A stretch of 64,000 nt of DNA from Bilabrum cf. latius. Taxonomy: Eukaryota. The stretch is taken from contig OZ237735.1 of the NCBI GenBank assembly GCA_965178125.1, positions 682,001 to 746,000 of the forward strand. The letters are read 5' to 3'. This document shows, piece after piece, positions 1 to 12,788 of the stretch. Positions within the stretch are counted from its first letter, which is position 1. Each line of letters opens with the position of its first letter. The notes beneath the pieces are model-generated. The model ran no database searches. It was not told the origin of the DNA and saw only the letters and a list, made by a program, of their open reading frames with translations. A program made the translations under genes and the position numbers.

Positions 1-137
1 CTGCCCGTTCTTCCAGCTCGGACATGGATCAGGAGACGGGGCGTGGCAGTGGCAGCAGCCGGCCCCCTCCGAGTCGTCCCCGGCTGTAGCCGTCGCGAGG
101 ACGAAGGGAGGTTCGGCTGAGGGCCCACGGCAACTGA
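1..137 (+). CDS. possible 3' end of a gene entering the window (partial)
   Basis: Frame from position 3 reads ARSSSSDMDQETGRGSGSSRPPPSRPRL*PSRG..., with an in-frame TAG at 87-89 and TGA at 135-137. The low-complexity style matches neighbouring genes, but no homology is recognised. Confidence 0.3.
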
Positions 138-663
138 AACACTCTTGCTTGGCTGTTGATATTGTTGCTTGCGTTCATGTGAGTCTACTACGGCGGGTAA
201 GTAACCAGTTGCAGTTCGTGCATTTCGTACTGCAGCGCACTGTGGCACACGCGGGCGGCAAGATCCTGGAGAGTTCAGCACATCGCCTCGCTTGCCCACT
301 TTGCACCCTCATTTTCCAGGCGAGGAACGCGGTTGGAAGGTGAGCGCAAACAACAAAGAAAATATGAGACCCTGCCGCTCGGCCTGCGTATGGCGACTCT
401 CCTACGCCCCACCGCTCTGTAATGATCCACCTGCCACTGGTCAGACCTGGTCCGCACCAAGTGCGGCAGGTCAGGACACTCAGGTTCATGAGTGCAGCAA
501 TACCTAGATTAAGCAGTAGTAGCCAGTACCTGTGGTGCACTTCCAGCCTGACACTGCAACTCTCCAGGCAGACTACGGCTAGTTGGCTAGCCCAGCTCAT
601 CGGACGAATAGAGTCGCCACACACTGCGTGCAGCCGAGCCAAATTGTGTGCCCACCCTTCGAC

Positions 664-3282
664 TCAATCGTCGGTTGTCAGCTGGCTATCCACCTCTATG
701 CCCTTCCCCTGCTTCACAGGCTCGTCAACTTGCTCCACCAGACGGCTGGAGAGCTCCTCTATCTGGATCTCAAACACCTCTCGCTGCTCTTCCAGGGCCT
801 GCTTGAGCCGCTCGACCTCCTCTTCCCGCTCCCCCATGAGCTCAAGCAACACATCGTGCTTCATGCGGAACTCCTGTGCCTCCTCAGCAACTTGACGAGA
901 CCGCTTCTCACTATCACGTGCATCGGTTGCAGCGGCCTCTGCAGAGCGTACACGCCTGTGGAGCTCATCAAGCTGCTGCGCGGATGACCGTGCAGCCTCT
1001 AGTTCCACTCGCAGCTGGGAGCCTAGCGGGCGCAACAGCCCCTGCAGCTTCGCTGCAACATGCACCGGCACGTCCTCTTCCTCGATCGCACCAGTGACTG
1101 CCTGGGTCAAGGCCGTGTACGCTAGCACTGCAGGCGACTCGTCCACGCTAATCGAGCGCCGCGTTCGAATAGGGGATGCATACTAGCTCTTCTGCTCGAT
1201 TGTCGATGCTAAACGCCGGCTCGCACCTTCCGGTGGCGGTGCAGCGGCAACTGATTGAGACTCGCGAGGAGAAGCAGCACTGCTGCTGCAGCTGCTGCTG
1301 CGGGCGCCACTCGAAGCCTGTGCGCTTGCACGCACGCTCTCCTCCGCCTTAAGCCTAGCTGTCGACTCGTACTCTACGTCTCTCTGAAGCTCCGCGACGG
1401 TGGCTCGAAGTGCATCCATCGTCCGACGAGCGCCTGCAATCTCCTCATCCAGCTCCCTGCGCTTCTGCCGCTCAGCCTGCAACTCCCGCTGCAGGGCTTG
1501 GCTGTCTTTGGCCATGCTTTCCACTTGCCGACGTAGCTGCAGCGACGCGTCGTCCGACCTCTGCACTGCATCGCTCCGTTGGCGCAACCTCTGCTTGCAT
1601 GCATCCAGTTCCTGCTGCAGCTCATGCCTCTCCGCGGCCGACTCGGCCAGCTGGGCCCGCATGCCATCCTCATTATCTGAAGCCTATGTCCTGACATCTT
1701 CGAGCTCACGCTGCACCTGCAGCAGCTGCTACAGCAATGACTCAGATTCGGAAGCGCCCGACTTGGATGGGGTACCATCGCTGCTGCTACTGTCGCTTTG
1801 TGCTGGCTCAGCATCGGATGCCCCGGCGGAAGACGCAGACTTCGGGCTACGAGCGAGCTGCAATCGAAGAGCCGCAAGATCGTCCTCCAGCTTGTCTTCC
1901 CTCGCTGCCGACGCAATCCCCTCGGCACGAAGCCGTTGCTGCAGGCCAGCCACTTCGCGCTTGGATGCTTGGAGCTCTGACCTCGCTGCCCCCTCGCTCT
2001 GCTGCAGCTGCTCCAGCTGTGCCAAGGCCTCAGCTGCCTTGCGACTGGCCTCCTCTGTCTCTGCTTTCATGTCACTGATCTGCTCCCGCGCGTCGTCGAG
2101 CGCTGCGCTGGCCTCCTGCGCAGACTGCCTCGCCTCTGCCCGCTCAGCGACCAGCTTGTCAATCCTGTCAGCGTTCTCCTTCGCCTTGCGGGTGGCTGCC
2201 TCTGCAGAGGTGCGCGCGCTGTCGTGCGCCTGCCTGGCCCCGGCCGCAGTCTGGTCCAGCGCCTGCATCCTCTGCTACAGGGCAGCCACACGCTCCCGCT
2301 GCGCCTCCAGCTGCGCCTAGGCCTCCCCCCTCTTCTCCTCAGCCTCCTTGAGCTCCTGCTTCATGGACCTGCACCTGGCCAGCAGCTCGACGGCCTCCTT
2401 GTACTTTGCTTCGCCTTGCTTCTTCAGCCGGGCGGACAGCTGGCGCTCTTTCTCCAGCTCTTCCTTGAGCGCCTGGGCCTCCGAGGCGGCCTCCTCGGCG
2501 GCCTGCAGGTCTCTCCTCGCCATGTCCAAGGCCTCCCCCAGCTCGGACTCATGCTGAACGGCGGCTGCCATCTTGCTAGATAGCTCTGCCATCTGGTGTT
2601 CTCGGTGTGCGAGCTCTGCCTGCGCGTGGTCCCTGGCTTGCTGGGCGCTGTCAGCCCTGGCGACGGCTTGCTTCAGCTGCGATTTGACGCCTACTACGTA
2701 CTCGCGAGCCTTGCTCAGTCGCTGCCTGTACTGCACAATCGCTTGGTCCGGGGTCATTCCCTCTGGGAGCGATATCGTTCCAGCTGCTCTGCTAGGACTA
2801 GTGGACGGGGAGGCTTCTCCTTGCCTGAGGCAAGTCTCATCCTCGCGAGAATCAACTGTAGAGGCATCTACAGGGTGTGATACAGAAGCGATTGCGGCCT
2901 CTGCGTCCTTGCCACTTCCTTGCTGCTAATCTTGTGGATTCTTTTCGGTCTCCTAGCTCGAAACAACAGGACTATCGCTACTAGCCATAATATCTCCGTC
3001 TCGTCCTGGAAGAGTAGGGGGCTTGCTGTCCACTGCGACTGCAGGAGCTCGAGCAGCCTCTGGTGGCTGGTGCATTGAACCCTCCTATGATTTTTCGTCA
3101 TCACCATCCGAAGAACCACTATCGGTGTCTGCATCGTCGTCAAGCAAGGATCCGTCAGGATCATCTATGTCGTCGCCAGCAAAATCTTGCTTGCCTCTCT
3201 CAAGGACTCGTGTCAACTGCTCTCCTGCGCCATCTCGGATCTAGCTTAAACCATCAGCAACCTAGCCAAGCGTGCTCCACAT
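664..3282 (-). CDS. Golgin-like coiled-coil protein with C-terminal TMF/TATA-modulatory-factor-like domain (about 872 aa)
   Basis: ORFs 2317-2757, 1729-2268, 1183-1662 and 664-1146 share one frame and are separated only by TAG. ATG at 3282 (MWSTLG*VADGLS*IRDG), TGA at 664-666. C-terminal RMKHDVLLELMGEREEEVERLK resembles the TMF1/Sgm1 terminal motif. Confidence 0.75.
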
Positions 3283-3568
3283 GAATCGCAGGATAAATGC
3301 GCAATAGTATAGAGGAGACGGCATCATGGAACGTTCTTCAGCCTTGGCAGTGGTTCCTCGGCGGTCCAGCCTGCCTGCTGGGCGTGAGGGCCAAATGGTA
3401 AATAATACTCGCTGTCAGTTCAAACTGGGCGTGATTTCGGGTTTTGGTTGTGATACAAGATTCGCAGAATATCATTGGTAGTTCAAAAGTGCGAGTCGCA
3501 TGCCTCAAGTAGTGCCAGCCAGCTCGCCCATGCCAGCCCATCTGCACGCTGCCAGTGCCACCAAGAAG

Positions 3569-5191
3569 TCAAAACTCATCGTCACTGCCGCGATCAAGCA
3601 TGTCATGCGCGGGTGGGTCAGCTGCTGCTGAGACTGCAGACTACTCGTCAGGCATGTCGGCGAATAGCTGAGCCACTGCCTGAGCAGCGGCAGCGCGGGT
3701 GAGCCCTCCGCTCTCGTACGCTCGTGCGAGGCCGGCAACTAGAGTAGTGCCAGCGGCGGCGATATCCTGGGCTGAGGCAGCTTCACCTGCATCACCATCT
3801 TCCATGGCAACCTGTCCTGAATGACTCTTCACCTCCTCGGCACCGAGGCTCCCACTCAGCCGGCCCACGAGAGCAGCCGGGAGCGGGATGCACGCCTCGA
3901 CTGTGTCCGTGCCCGGGTCGCTCGCAGCTGGAACAGGCACCGGCCTGGTACGCTTGCCAGCGCCAGACCCGTCCTTGAATGCTGCTGGTTGGATCGACCC
4001 ATCCGCGGCGCGAGATCTGGCAGCCACCAGAGTTCCGAGGTAAGCGGTTCGCCCCATCTGGCGGTCGGCAAGGAGCTCGAGGCACTTGCGCTGCCACGCA
4101 GGTCCGAGCTGCCTCTCGTCCTCGTTTGCCGCAATCCAACGGCTGAGATCACGCAGAAGAGGGGATGATGCAGCCTCTGTCCCCGTGAGGCTGTTGTACT
4201 CCATGATGCTATGCAGCACTGGCGACGTGAGGGCAACGGGCTCGCTGCCGCTGCTGCGTTCTGCAGGCGCACCGCCAACAGCACTCCCTAGCAGGTAGTG
4301 GCATACGCACAAACCCGTCTTCTTCTTGTGGATGCACGTCCTGTGCGATGCCAACACTCTCTCCACCAGTATTGCGAGCACCTCGTGCTGGCACCGTAGC
4401 AGCGCAGTAGCAGCTCTTGAAGCTTGCTTCCAGCGCGCTTTTGAGGCCATCCGCTTGTCACTCAACCGCCTTTTTGCCGTTTTAATCTTTGAAATGGCCT
4501 CTTTGAGTGTATCCTCTAGACCATGCCCTGATTCTGGACGAAGCAGCTTGTCCAGGGTCTCGCCAGTTGGAATTGCAGGGATTACGAAACCAGCCAGTGC
4601 ATCAGCCAGGACCCCCTATTCAAACGACTGGAGCGATAGAAACTAAGGTGGAACATCTAATGCCTTAGCTGATTTACCAGCATGAGTTGCTGGGGTTTGC
4701 CGCACGTGCGCTAGTATGGCAGCGGTTAGGTCCGACTTGGCAGGTTTGCTTCCACCTGCTGAAGCGCCACCTGCGGCTCCCCCTGAAGTAGGACCCTCAC
4801 CATCGATTGAAGTTAGCACTACTTTATCTTCTAGTAGCGACGAAATCCATGCACGAGCGGTCTATTGAGTGCGGTGAACCCGGCTCGTGGTCTGCTCACC
4901 GCTGCTCTGCGCCTGCTTCGACGCCGTCTTCGCATGCTCTAGTGCCGCGATGACGTGCTCCAGCTTGCTGCTTCCATGAAGAACATTTGCATCAAGCTTA
5001 TCTGCCTTCGACTGGAGAGATTCTAGTACATTCTGCGTCTGTTTCAGCATCTCTTCTTCGGCCTCAAGTTCGACCTGTAGCTGCTTCGCACGTCGATTCT
5101 CAGATTCCAACTGCTCCTGTTGCGCCTCAAACTGGTGAAGTACAGAGTCATAGTGGTCTGAGGTTCCACTTGCGCCATCCAGAAGCTCCAT
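3569..5191 (-). CDS. hypothetical protein with N-terminal coiled coil (about 540 aa)
   Basis: ORFs 4862-5191 and 3641-4465 are in the same frame and joined through TAGs; ends at TGA 3569-3571. Confidence 0.7.
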
Positions 5192-5378
5192 AGCGCGCTC
5201 TGATAGCAGTATTATGGGTGCGTGCTCGCTTCAGCAAGCAATTGCTTATCTTCATCTTTCAAATCTGACGTGGTCGCAAGCCTAAAGTCAAGTTTGCCGT
5301 AGAAGCTGCGTCATTGCGCAAAAGGTGCAATATTTTCGGCTGGTTGAGAGCACTGCGTGGCATTGTACAAAGTTTCTG

Positions 5379-8300
5379 TCATGCTAGTTTCGATCCACCT
5401 CCAAGCACAGCTCCGCGGGCCGTTCGGGCCACTCGCTGGATCGCCTTGGAGCGCCTGCAGTAGTCGTGCCACACGGCGAACACGGCGAACCCGCACGGTC
5501 CCATTCCAATGAAGCCGCCAACGAACACTGCAGCAATGATGATCATCCAAGGCAGCACAACCCTCCTCAAGACAAAGGCACCCGCTCCCAGGCGCTCCAG
5601 AACCGGCTGCGTGGTTGCATCCTCTGCCCTGACATCCACAGAGCCAGAGCCCGACCTGTCTGCGTCCCGCAACTCTTCTCGCTCCTTCGGGGCTATCATG
5701 ATTCCTTGCAACGTTGCATCGCTCCCTTTCATGCGGCGGACCTGGGTTGCCATGAGCCAGTTGAGCCCAGTGGGCGAGGGGCACATGCCGGAGCCCTCGT
5801 GCAGCCGAAGCTGCCGCGTGTAAGCATCGATGGACTGCGAAGACCGGCGCACGAACCGGCGCCTCATCCCCAAGCCAGAAGCGTCACCTGAGCCCTCGGA
5901 CTCGTCGTCTGTTTTCCCATCCACACCTACCACCCGGTCGCTCGCCCACGCCTGCCACAAGTCCTCTTCCTGCTCCTCCACCGGCCGGCCATTCCCAGCC
6001 AGACCCTTCTCAACGCCACACAAACGGAGCAGTGCGCCGCTCTTTAGCTGCATCAGCGGTGCTGAAAGCGCCAGACCAGACCGAACAGCAGCCTGCGCCG
6101 CCATCTTTGCCACAAATTTGCCACCGACCAGCATGTACTCCCCGCTCAGCTGCTGCTGCTGCGCCCCATCCCCGTCCACCACAGCAAGGTACCTCCGGAA
6201 CGTGGATGCGGCACCATGGAGCAAAGCAGCATCCTTTGCAATCCCGAGGATCGCTCCGTAGGCTTGCTGGTACGAGTGTGCCGCTAGAGCTAGCCGCACA
6301 GTCGTGAGGTACTTGCGGAAGGCAAGCCAGCGCTCCCTGCAGTACGTCCTCGCTTCCTTCGCTGCGGGCGACAGGGCGTGTCGGGCCACGCGAGGCACCA
6401 CCACGTGCGAGTGCGTGCTCGACTCCTTGTCCTTGTTCTTCTCACCGGTGGCGTGCTCTCCAAAATCTTCGCCGCCTAGCGCCACCGCGACCGCAGACGC
6501 GAGCTGGCTGTTGCTGTCCAGCAGGTGGAAGGCCCGGGCCTCGGTGACGGCTGCTTCAAACGAAGCCAAGGCGGGTCTCAGCATGGCAAGCAGCGTGTTG
6601 CGCACCGCTGCATCAATGACGTGGAACGACAGCGACATCTCGCTGCGCTTCACTCGCTCCACAGAACTCTCACCCTGCCCGTTGCTGCCCGCATCCGGCA
6701 GCGCTGCCCTCGCCGGAGCAAACGGCCCAAAGGGCGTGTGGCTTGCAGACCACGCGAAAGACACGCCAAAGGCCTCGTCCGCAGTGGTGTGGTACGCCCC
6801 CAGCCGCCTAGACACCTGCGTGGGCACGACACCCCACGCGAACCGCAGTGCCTCCCCCACGAGAGCCCTACCAAGCCCCTGTTCCCCGAGATCCAAAGGA
6901 ATGGGGTTGCCGTGGCAGTGAAAAGCGGTCATGAGCTGGGTGCGGCCGAGACCCTGGCCCAGCGCCTGCTGGTACACTGCATCATCCGCATTGAGCACGC
7001 CGATGATGGCCGAGCCGTGGAATGTGCCCATGGCTGGCGACGTGTGCACGGGCTGCGGATCGTACTTGCTGGGGCGCCGGGCCTGCGCATTGGCCGGCAG
7101 CTTGTTCGTCCTGACGTGCTCTGACCAGGACGATTTGATCACGAGAGGGACGGCCGACTGCGCCTGCAGAGCTGCTTTCTGGTCTTCTCTCAGCGAGCTA
7201 CCGTCAGAACCCTGCTGCAGCGAGTGGTCGTCCGCCACTATGATGATGGGAAGTACCGCGGGAGAGAGGGCTCCGCCCTGGTAGAATGTCGTCGGCCCCG
7301 CCGCGCCATCCGTGGAGTCCTCGGAGCCCCTGGGCAGGTCGGCCAGCATGATCTCGTCCATGATGCCAGCCGCAGCTGCGCCCCTCGCAAAGTCATCCAC
7401 GTCAAAGAGCACGGCATCCGCGCCGCTGGGGCGACCCTGCGCCTTGGCGTGGTGCGCGGCGGTCGTCATGGCAAGCCCCCGCCGCAGGGCATGCTCCAAA
7501 AGAAACGGGCACCGCTCACAGTCCGATACGAGTACAGAGGCGGTCTGCACCGACGCCAGCGCGACGGGCGGCGCAAGCATCTCGCGCTAGGACGCCCGGA
7601 TACTGTCTCCATACCCCACGCCTAGGCCCTTCTTGGACCTTTTGACCTGCTTCTCCACCTCCTTCATCATATCCTCTCGGGCGCTTTGAGCAGGGGTGGC
7701 TCCGTTGCCGGGGGCCATGACCAGCGAGTCGGTGTCCACGGCCAGCGGACCCAAGCCTGCCCTCAGCCTCGCTCCGATGCGGGCGGCCACCAGGTCGGCC
7801 ACCTCCTGCCTGCCCATGCTGCCACTACTGCGCATCCCCTCCCAATCATCGAGCAGTGTGGCCACGTCCGCATCTCTCCACTGCAAGCCACCACCGCCAC
7901 CGCCATCCCCAGCGGCGCCCTGCCCTCTCCGCTTCATGTCCCTCAGCCGCTGCAGCTGATGACGAGCAGACCTGGCTCGACCCGCGCCCTGCCCGTTGGT
8001 GGCGAGCTTCTCTCCAGGAGACATGGCTGCGAGCTGGGCGTGCATCGATCCCACGCCATCGCCGCCGCGCCCGCCCCGTCCCGCACCACTCCCGGAGGCG
8101 CTGCTTTGGTCATCGTCCACCATCACGAGGACTCGAATGATCAGCGGTCGTGCGGCGGAGCGGAACGGCAGCAGCGCCTCCCGGAGGAACTTGAGCTGGG
8201 GGTCGGCGTCCTTGCCGGCAGCACCCTCCGCAGGCGCAACTTGGGCGCCTTTGATCGGAACCAAGCCCCGCCGCAGCATGGTCCGCGTCGTCTCTGATAG

Positions 8301-10412
8301 CATCCGTTCCCTCCAGTGCGGCAGCGCCGGCGGGATTAGCAGCTGCATTGCACTCCTGGCCACGTGCGCCGCCAGCTGGCCTTGGAATGCAGACATGGCG
8401 CCGGCTGCCGCCATGGGGTCCACACCGCGCGGCACCATGAGCCCTGGGCCAACCGAGTGCACCTCGTCGTGGGGCTTCAGCTCCTCGTTGGTGGACTCAC
8501 CCACGAGGCCCCAGGCGCCCAGATCTAGCCTGGGCAAAGAGGACTCTGCCCACGTGCCGGCGCTGCCCACAGCAGACTGCACGCCCAAGGAGGCGGGCCC
8601 AGCCCCCACGTCAATCCACATGAGCCGCTGCTGCCTGAAACCAACGTACGACCCCTTGCCTGGACTCTTGCCGCTATAGACCCCACCGCCGCCGAACCCA
8701 AGGGTGCGCCTGGCCAGCCCCTGCATCTTCCTGGCGATTTTGGCCTTGATGCTAGCCAGCCCTTTCAGCCCGTTCGCGATCCTATTCTTGGCGCTGGCCT
8801 CCGACTCTTGGTCATCGTCTTCGCTGAGACTGAGGCCCACGTGGTCCGCCCATGATGCCACCGGGCATCCCCCCTCGTGCTCCACGAACCACTTGCCTGA
8901 CTTGCTCGCCTTCTGCCTGCGCTTGCCAGAGGGCGTGAGTCCGTTGCCGGCATCTGCCACGTACCAGTACGGGAGAGAACGAACTCCAGTCACCACTAGC
9001 TTGCTGTCAATGGCATCCAGGCTGGCATCAAGCCTAGCTTTGTCCTCACTGGCGTCAGCTGCACTGGCCCCACCCTCCACGGCTTGCATGAGCTGCTGCT
9101 GCAGCTGCCTCTCCCGCTCGCCGCCAGCGAGGTAGTACAGCTGCCCCGAGGGCTCCAGCCGACCCGGTCGGATGTCCGCCACTTGCGGCCCCGAAGCCTT
9201 CGACATGGCCACGTGAATCTGGTCGCCGCCCCCGTGCGAGTGGGGCGCGGCCGTCATCTTGAAGCGCGTGGCGTCCTCCACAGAGGCCATCTCCACTCCC
9301 ATCACGCCCCCGTGCAGCACGTACACAGCGTGAGTCAGCCCCGCCGTGTCGCTGTGCTTCCTGAGCAGCTGCGTGACGTCCTCTCCGCGGACCATCACGC
9401 CGCCCGCATCCACGACAGAGGCAGCCACGACGTCCCTGACGCTGGCAGCCAGCTCGTCCGGGGCATGCCTCACCCTGAAGTTCAGCCGGTACCTGACCTG
9501 GCCCAGCTCGTCGTGAGCTGCGTGCGTGAGTCCCACGAACCGGTCAGACTTCTCGTCATCCCCGCTACCTCCTCCGGTGCCACTCAGGGGGACCGCCCCG
9601 GCGCCCGCTCCCGGCTCCCCGTTGGTGTTTGGGGCGTCCTGGCTGTCCTGCCGGGCGGCAGAACCAGGCAGCCGGTTCGGCAAGATAGGAGCCACAGGGA
9701 GAGCAATGGAGTGGAATGCATGGAGCGACTGCGCCATCTTGGTGCGATTCACCCGCATGGCACGGTGAAGCGGCGTGGCGTCCACTCTGCGCCACTTGAG
9801 GTATCTCGAGGGCCTTCCGTGCGCGAAGGGCGGAGGTACCTGCTATTTCGCATCGCCGTGAGAAATAAACTTATTCTGGCCTTCGCCCTCCTGTCGCTCG
9901 TTCTGCGTTGGGCCGTTCAGACCAACCAAGACAACGTCGACAGATATGGGCACTTCAATCGAATTTAGCAACGATTGAGCTGCTTGCCAGCTGGACGCAT
10001 CGTTGTCTTCGGCGATTAATGCATCCACGGCTTGCCTAATATCATCTACGTTGCCATCCATCCATTCCGACGCAGTCTTTTTCATGGAAGATGAGATCTT
10101 GGCAAGGAAGCTGCGCCCCAGAGCATACTCATCGATACCACTGCTGGCAGACCCCTGCGAAATGAAAGAATGCTCGTGCAGCAGTCTAGAAGTATTTAAA
10201 TCCGCAGATAAGTTCGCTTCCCCAGGAATGAAACAGAAACTCACGGAATGTCCCAAATTAGCCAAAGCCTCAGCAAACGCATCTCTGGCAGCCGATTCAT
10301 CACCACCCTGGTTGGATTCTTTGTACGATCGTCCCATTGGGCCTTCATCAAGCTATGAGATTGCTACCCTGAACAGGAAAGCCACAAATACGAACAAGGT
10401 CCCCCGCAACAT
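5379..10412 (-). CDS. large type-I membrane protein of unknown function (about 1677 aa), motifs resembling the plant At3g28720-like family
   Basis: ORFs 9843-10337, 7587-9785 and 5379-7580 are in one frame joined by TAG. Signal peptide MLRGTLFVFVAFLFRVAIS and a C-terminal TM segment. Motifs VPISVDVVLVG, WIDVGAGP, HTPFGPF and LSFHVIDAAVRN. TGA at 5379. Confidence 0.7.
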
Positions 10413-10498
10413 GACAAAGTGTGTAGATCGCTGATCGCTTCCACAAGACACCTTACAAAAGTACATTAAAACCAGATTGCAGCGATTGCCATAATACT

Positions 10499-12679
10499 AT
10501 GATTGCAAGCCAGAGGAGGGGCAATGGAGGAACACAGCGGTCTCGACATTCTTCTATATGTGGTAGCTCATCGCTTTTGTGCATAGGCACCGTATTCTGT
10601 TGTTTTGTAGCTCTCGTCCAAGTCGGTTTCATCGGCGCATTGGTTGTAACCAGGTCTGCAAGTCCTCCTGGCCAACCGTATCGTCCTGTCAGCACTCGTT
10701 TGAGAACTGAAACTGTCGAGGGGGGCTCTTCTACAGAGACCGCTGCGCCTAGCCCGATACCCGTCGCTGTTCCATCAACAGCACCGGATTTGGATCGCAA
10801 CGTTGGCGTAGCACTTACCCCGAGACCAGCTCCGGTTGAGGGGCAAGGCAGCACGGACATATGGGGGGAAGAAGAGACACATGGGAATGAAAAAGCAGTT
10901 CCCAAGGTCGAGGCATAGAGTCCCGCTGCAGTTGAGCCACAGCGATAGGCTGAGTCCATATCGAGCCCAACCAGCAACTCTCGAAATGCATGGACTCCAA
11001 AACTAGGAGAAATACCAGACTTATCGTCGCTAGCACCTTTTGAAACCGGAAGAGCTCGTCGTGCGAGCGACGTCGACACGAGCAGCATGACTGCGTTCGT
11101 GTCGTCGGGGGGAAGATTCCCGGTGGCTGTCGTCACGTGCTGCCGGCCCACCATGCTGCGCGAGTCCTTGGCCAGCCTGTTAAGCTGCAGGGGTATCACT
11201 CGGGACGATGTAATTGTGATCTAGGACGCTAGCAACCCTGACGTGAAGCCCGGCCTGCTGGCCGAAGTGGCACAGGTGGCCAGGGAGTTTGGTGTGGGCC
11301 TCGTTCGGTCCGAGCCTGGCAGGCTGCGGGGCAGACGGCCTGACGGAGCCGAGCGGATCGCCCAGCACTATGGATTTGCCCTGCGCACTGGTCTAGAAAA
11401 CACCCGCGCGCCTGGTGTAATCGTGGCCGAAGACGATTTCCTCTTCTCTCCCGATTTCTACGAGTACTTTCACGCGGCCGCCATCGGTATAGAGGCGGAT
11501 GACTCCATCTGGCTTGCGTCAGCTTGGAACGACAACGGGCTGAGACATAATGTCGCAGACCCGTGGCGCGTCTGGCGCACCCGTTTCTTCCCAGGGCTCG
11601 GCTGGCTGCTGCCACGAGCCCTGTGGTAGGGCGAGCTGGAGCACCAGTGGCCAAGGACCCACTGGGACCACTGGATGCGGGATAGGCGAAGGCATAACGG
11701 CAGGGACGTGCTGTTCCCTGAAATACCGAGGGACTACCACATCGGTGTGAAGGGCACCTTTATGGACAGAGAGCACCACGACAAGTACTTCAGGACCACG
11801 GCCATGCACGCCCCGCCCAAGCCGCTGCAGGGACAGTCTAGTTTCACGTGGATGTCGAATGACGGGACCGAGGCGATCCGTAGGGCGGTGTAGCCGGGCT
11901 TTGAGCGAGACGTGAGGGGGCTGCTGAAAGACGCGACTGCAATCTCGAAGCTCTCGGAGCTCATGGACTTGGTGGATGCCACGAAACTGAAGGGCAAGCA
12001 GGAGCCCGCCGTCGCGAGGGTGCGATACACGGGGACAGGCATGGCAGACAACGCGGATTTTAGGAAGGTATTGAACGGTTTCTTCGACGTGTGGCACGAG
12101 CCGCAGAGGGGGTCGCGGGACGGCATGCACGTGCTTCGGCTTCGCGGCAAAGGGCCCGAGACCTCCGAGGGGCAGGGCGTGCACAGCAAGCTAGGCAGTC
12201 CTGCCGTCCTCGTGCTAGCGCTGCATGAAGGTGAATGGGAGAAGATGTTTTCTGGGGAAGGCTGGGGCGAGTTTGTGAAATCGGTCAAGCAGCAGGACGA
12301 GGCAGCTGGTGTCAGGCCATTGTCACCGGGTGACTTCGCAGCCCAGCGCAGGGTGATCAACGGTGGCGTGGGTCCCAGGAGCGCGGAGCAGTGGAGGGAG
12401 GGGGGTAGGGCGCTGGGGAAAGGAGCTGGTCCCTTCACAGGCAGCGAGATGGTGCAGAGGGGCAGCGAGCAAGAGTTGGCGATGCCGTCGGTCATGTCTC
12501 CACTGGACGATGCTGCGGGCGAGAAGGCCGTCCTATCCAGCTAGAGGCTATTTGGTAGGGGAGAGGGGTCCAGCGCAGTGGGATTCTGGTGGGCACCAGC
12601 ATCTCCTGCAGGGCAAAAGTATGGAGCAGCTAATTTCGCTACGGCCCCTGCTGGCGCTTGGAAAGGCGTGAACACATAA
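10499..12679 (+). CDS. GT13 beta-1,2-N-acetylglucosaminyltransferase (GnT-I/POMGnT1 family), type II membrane protein (about 726 aa)
   Basis: N-terminal TM anchor; motifs VIVI*D (TAG 11222, matching the family SQD motif), VAEDDFLFSPDFYEYF, SAWNDNG, FFPGLGWLL and WDHWMR. One frame through several TAGs to TAA 12677-12679. Confidence 0.9.
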
Positions 12680-12788
12680 CGGCTTCAACACGGATATCAG
12701 CCCTGCCATGTTTTTTTTTCATGATACTTGATTCTCTACACCTTCACTGCGCTGTGCAACGCCATAGTGGGCTCTGCTGCCAACCGAT

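Noticed and set aside
138-663. ORFs 175-642(-) and 149-343(+)
   Set aside because: No motif support; probably UTR or intergenic sequence.
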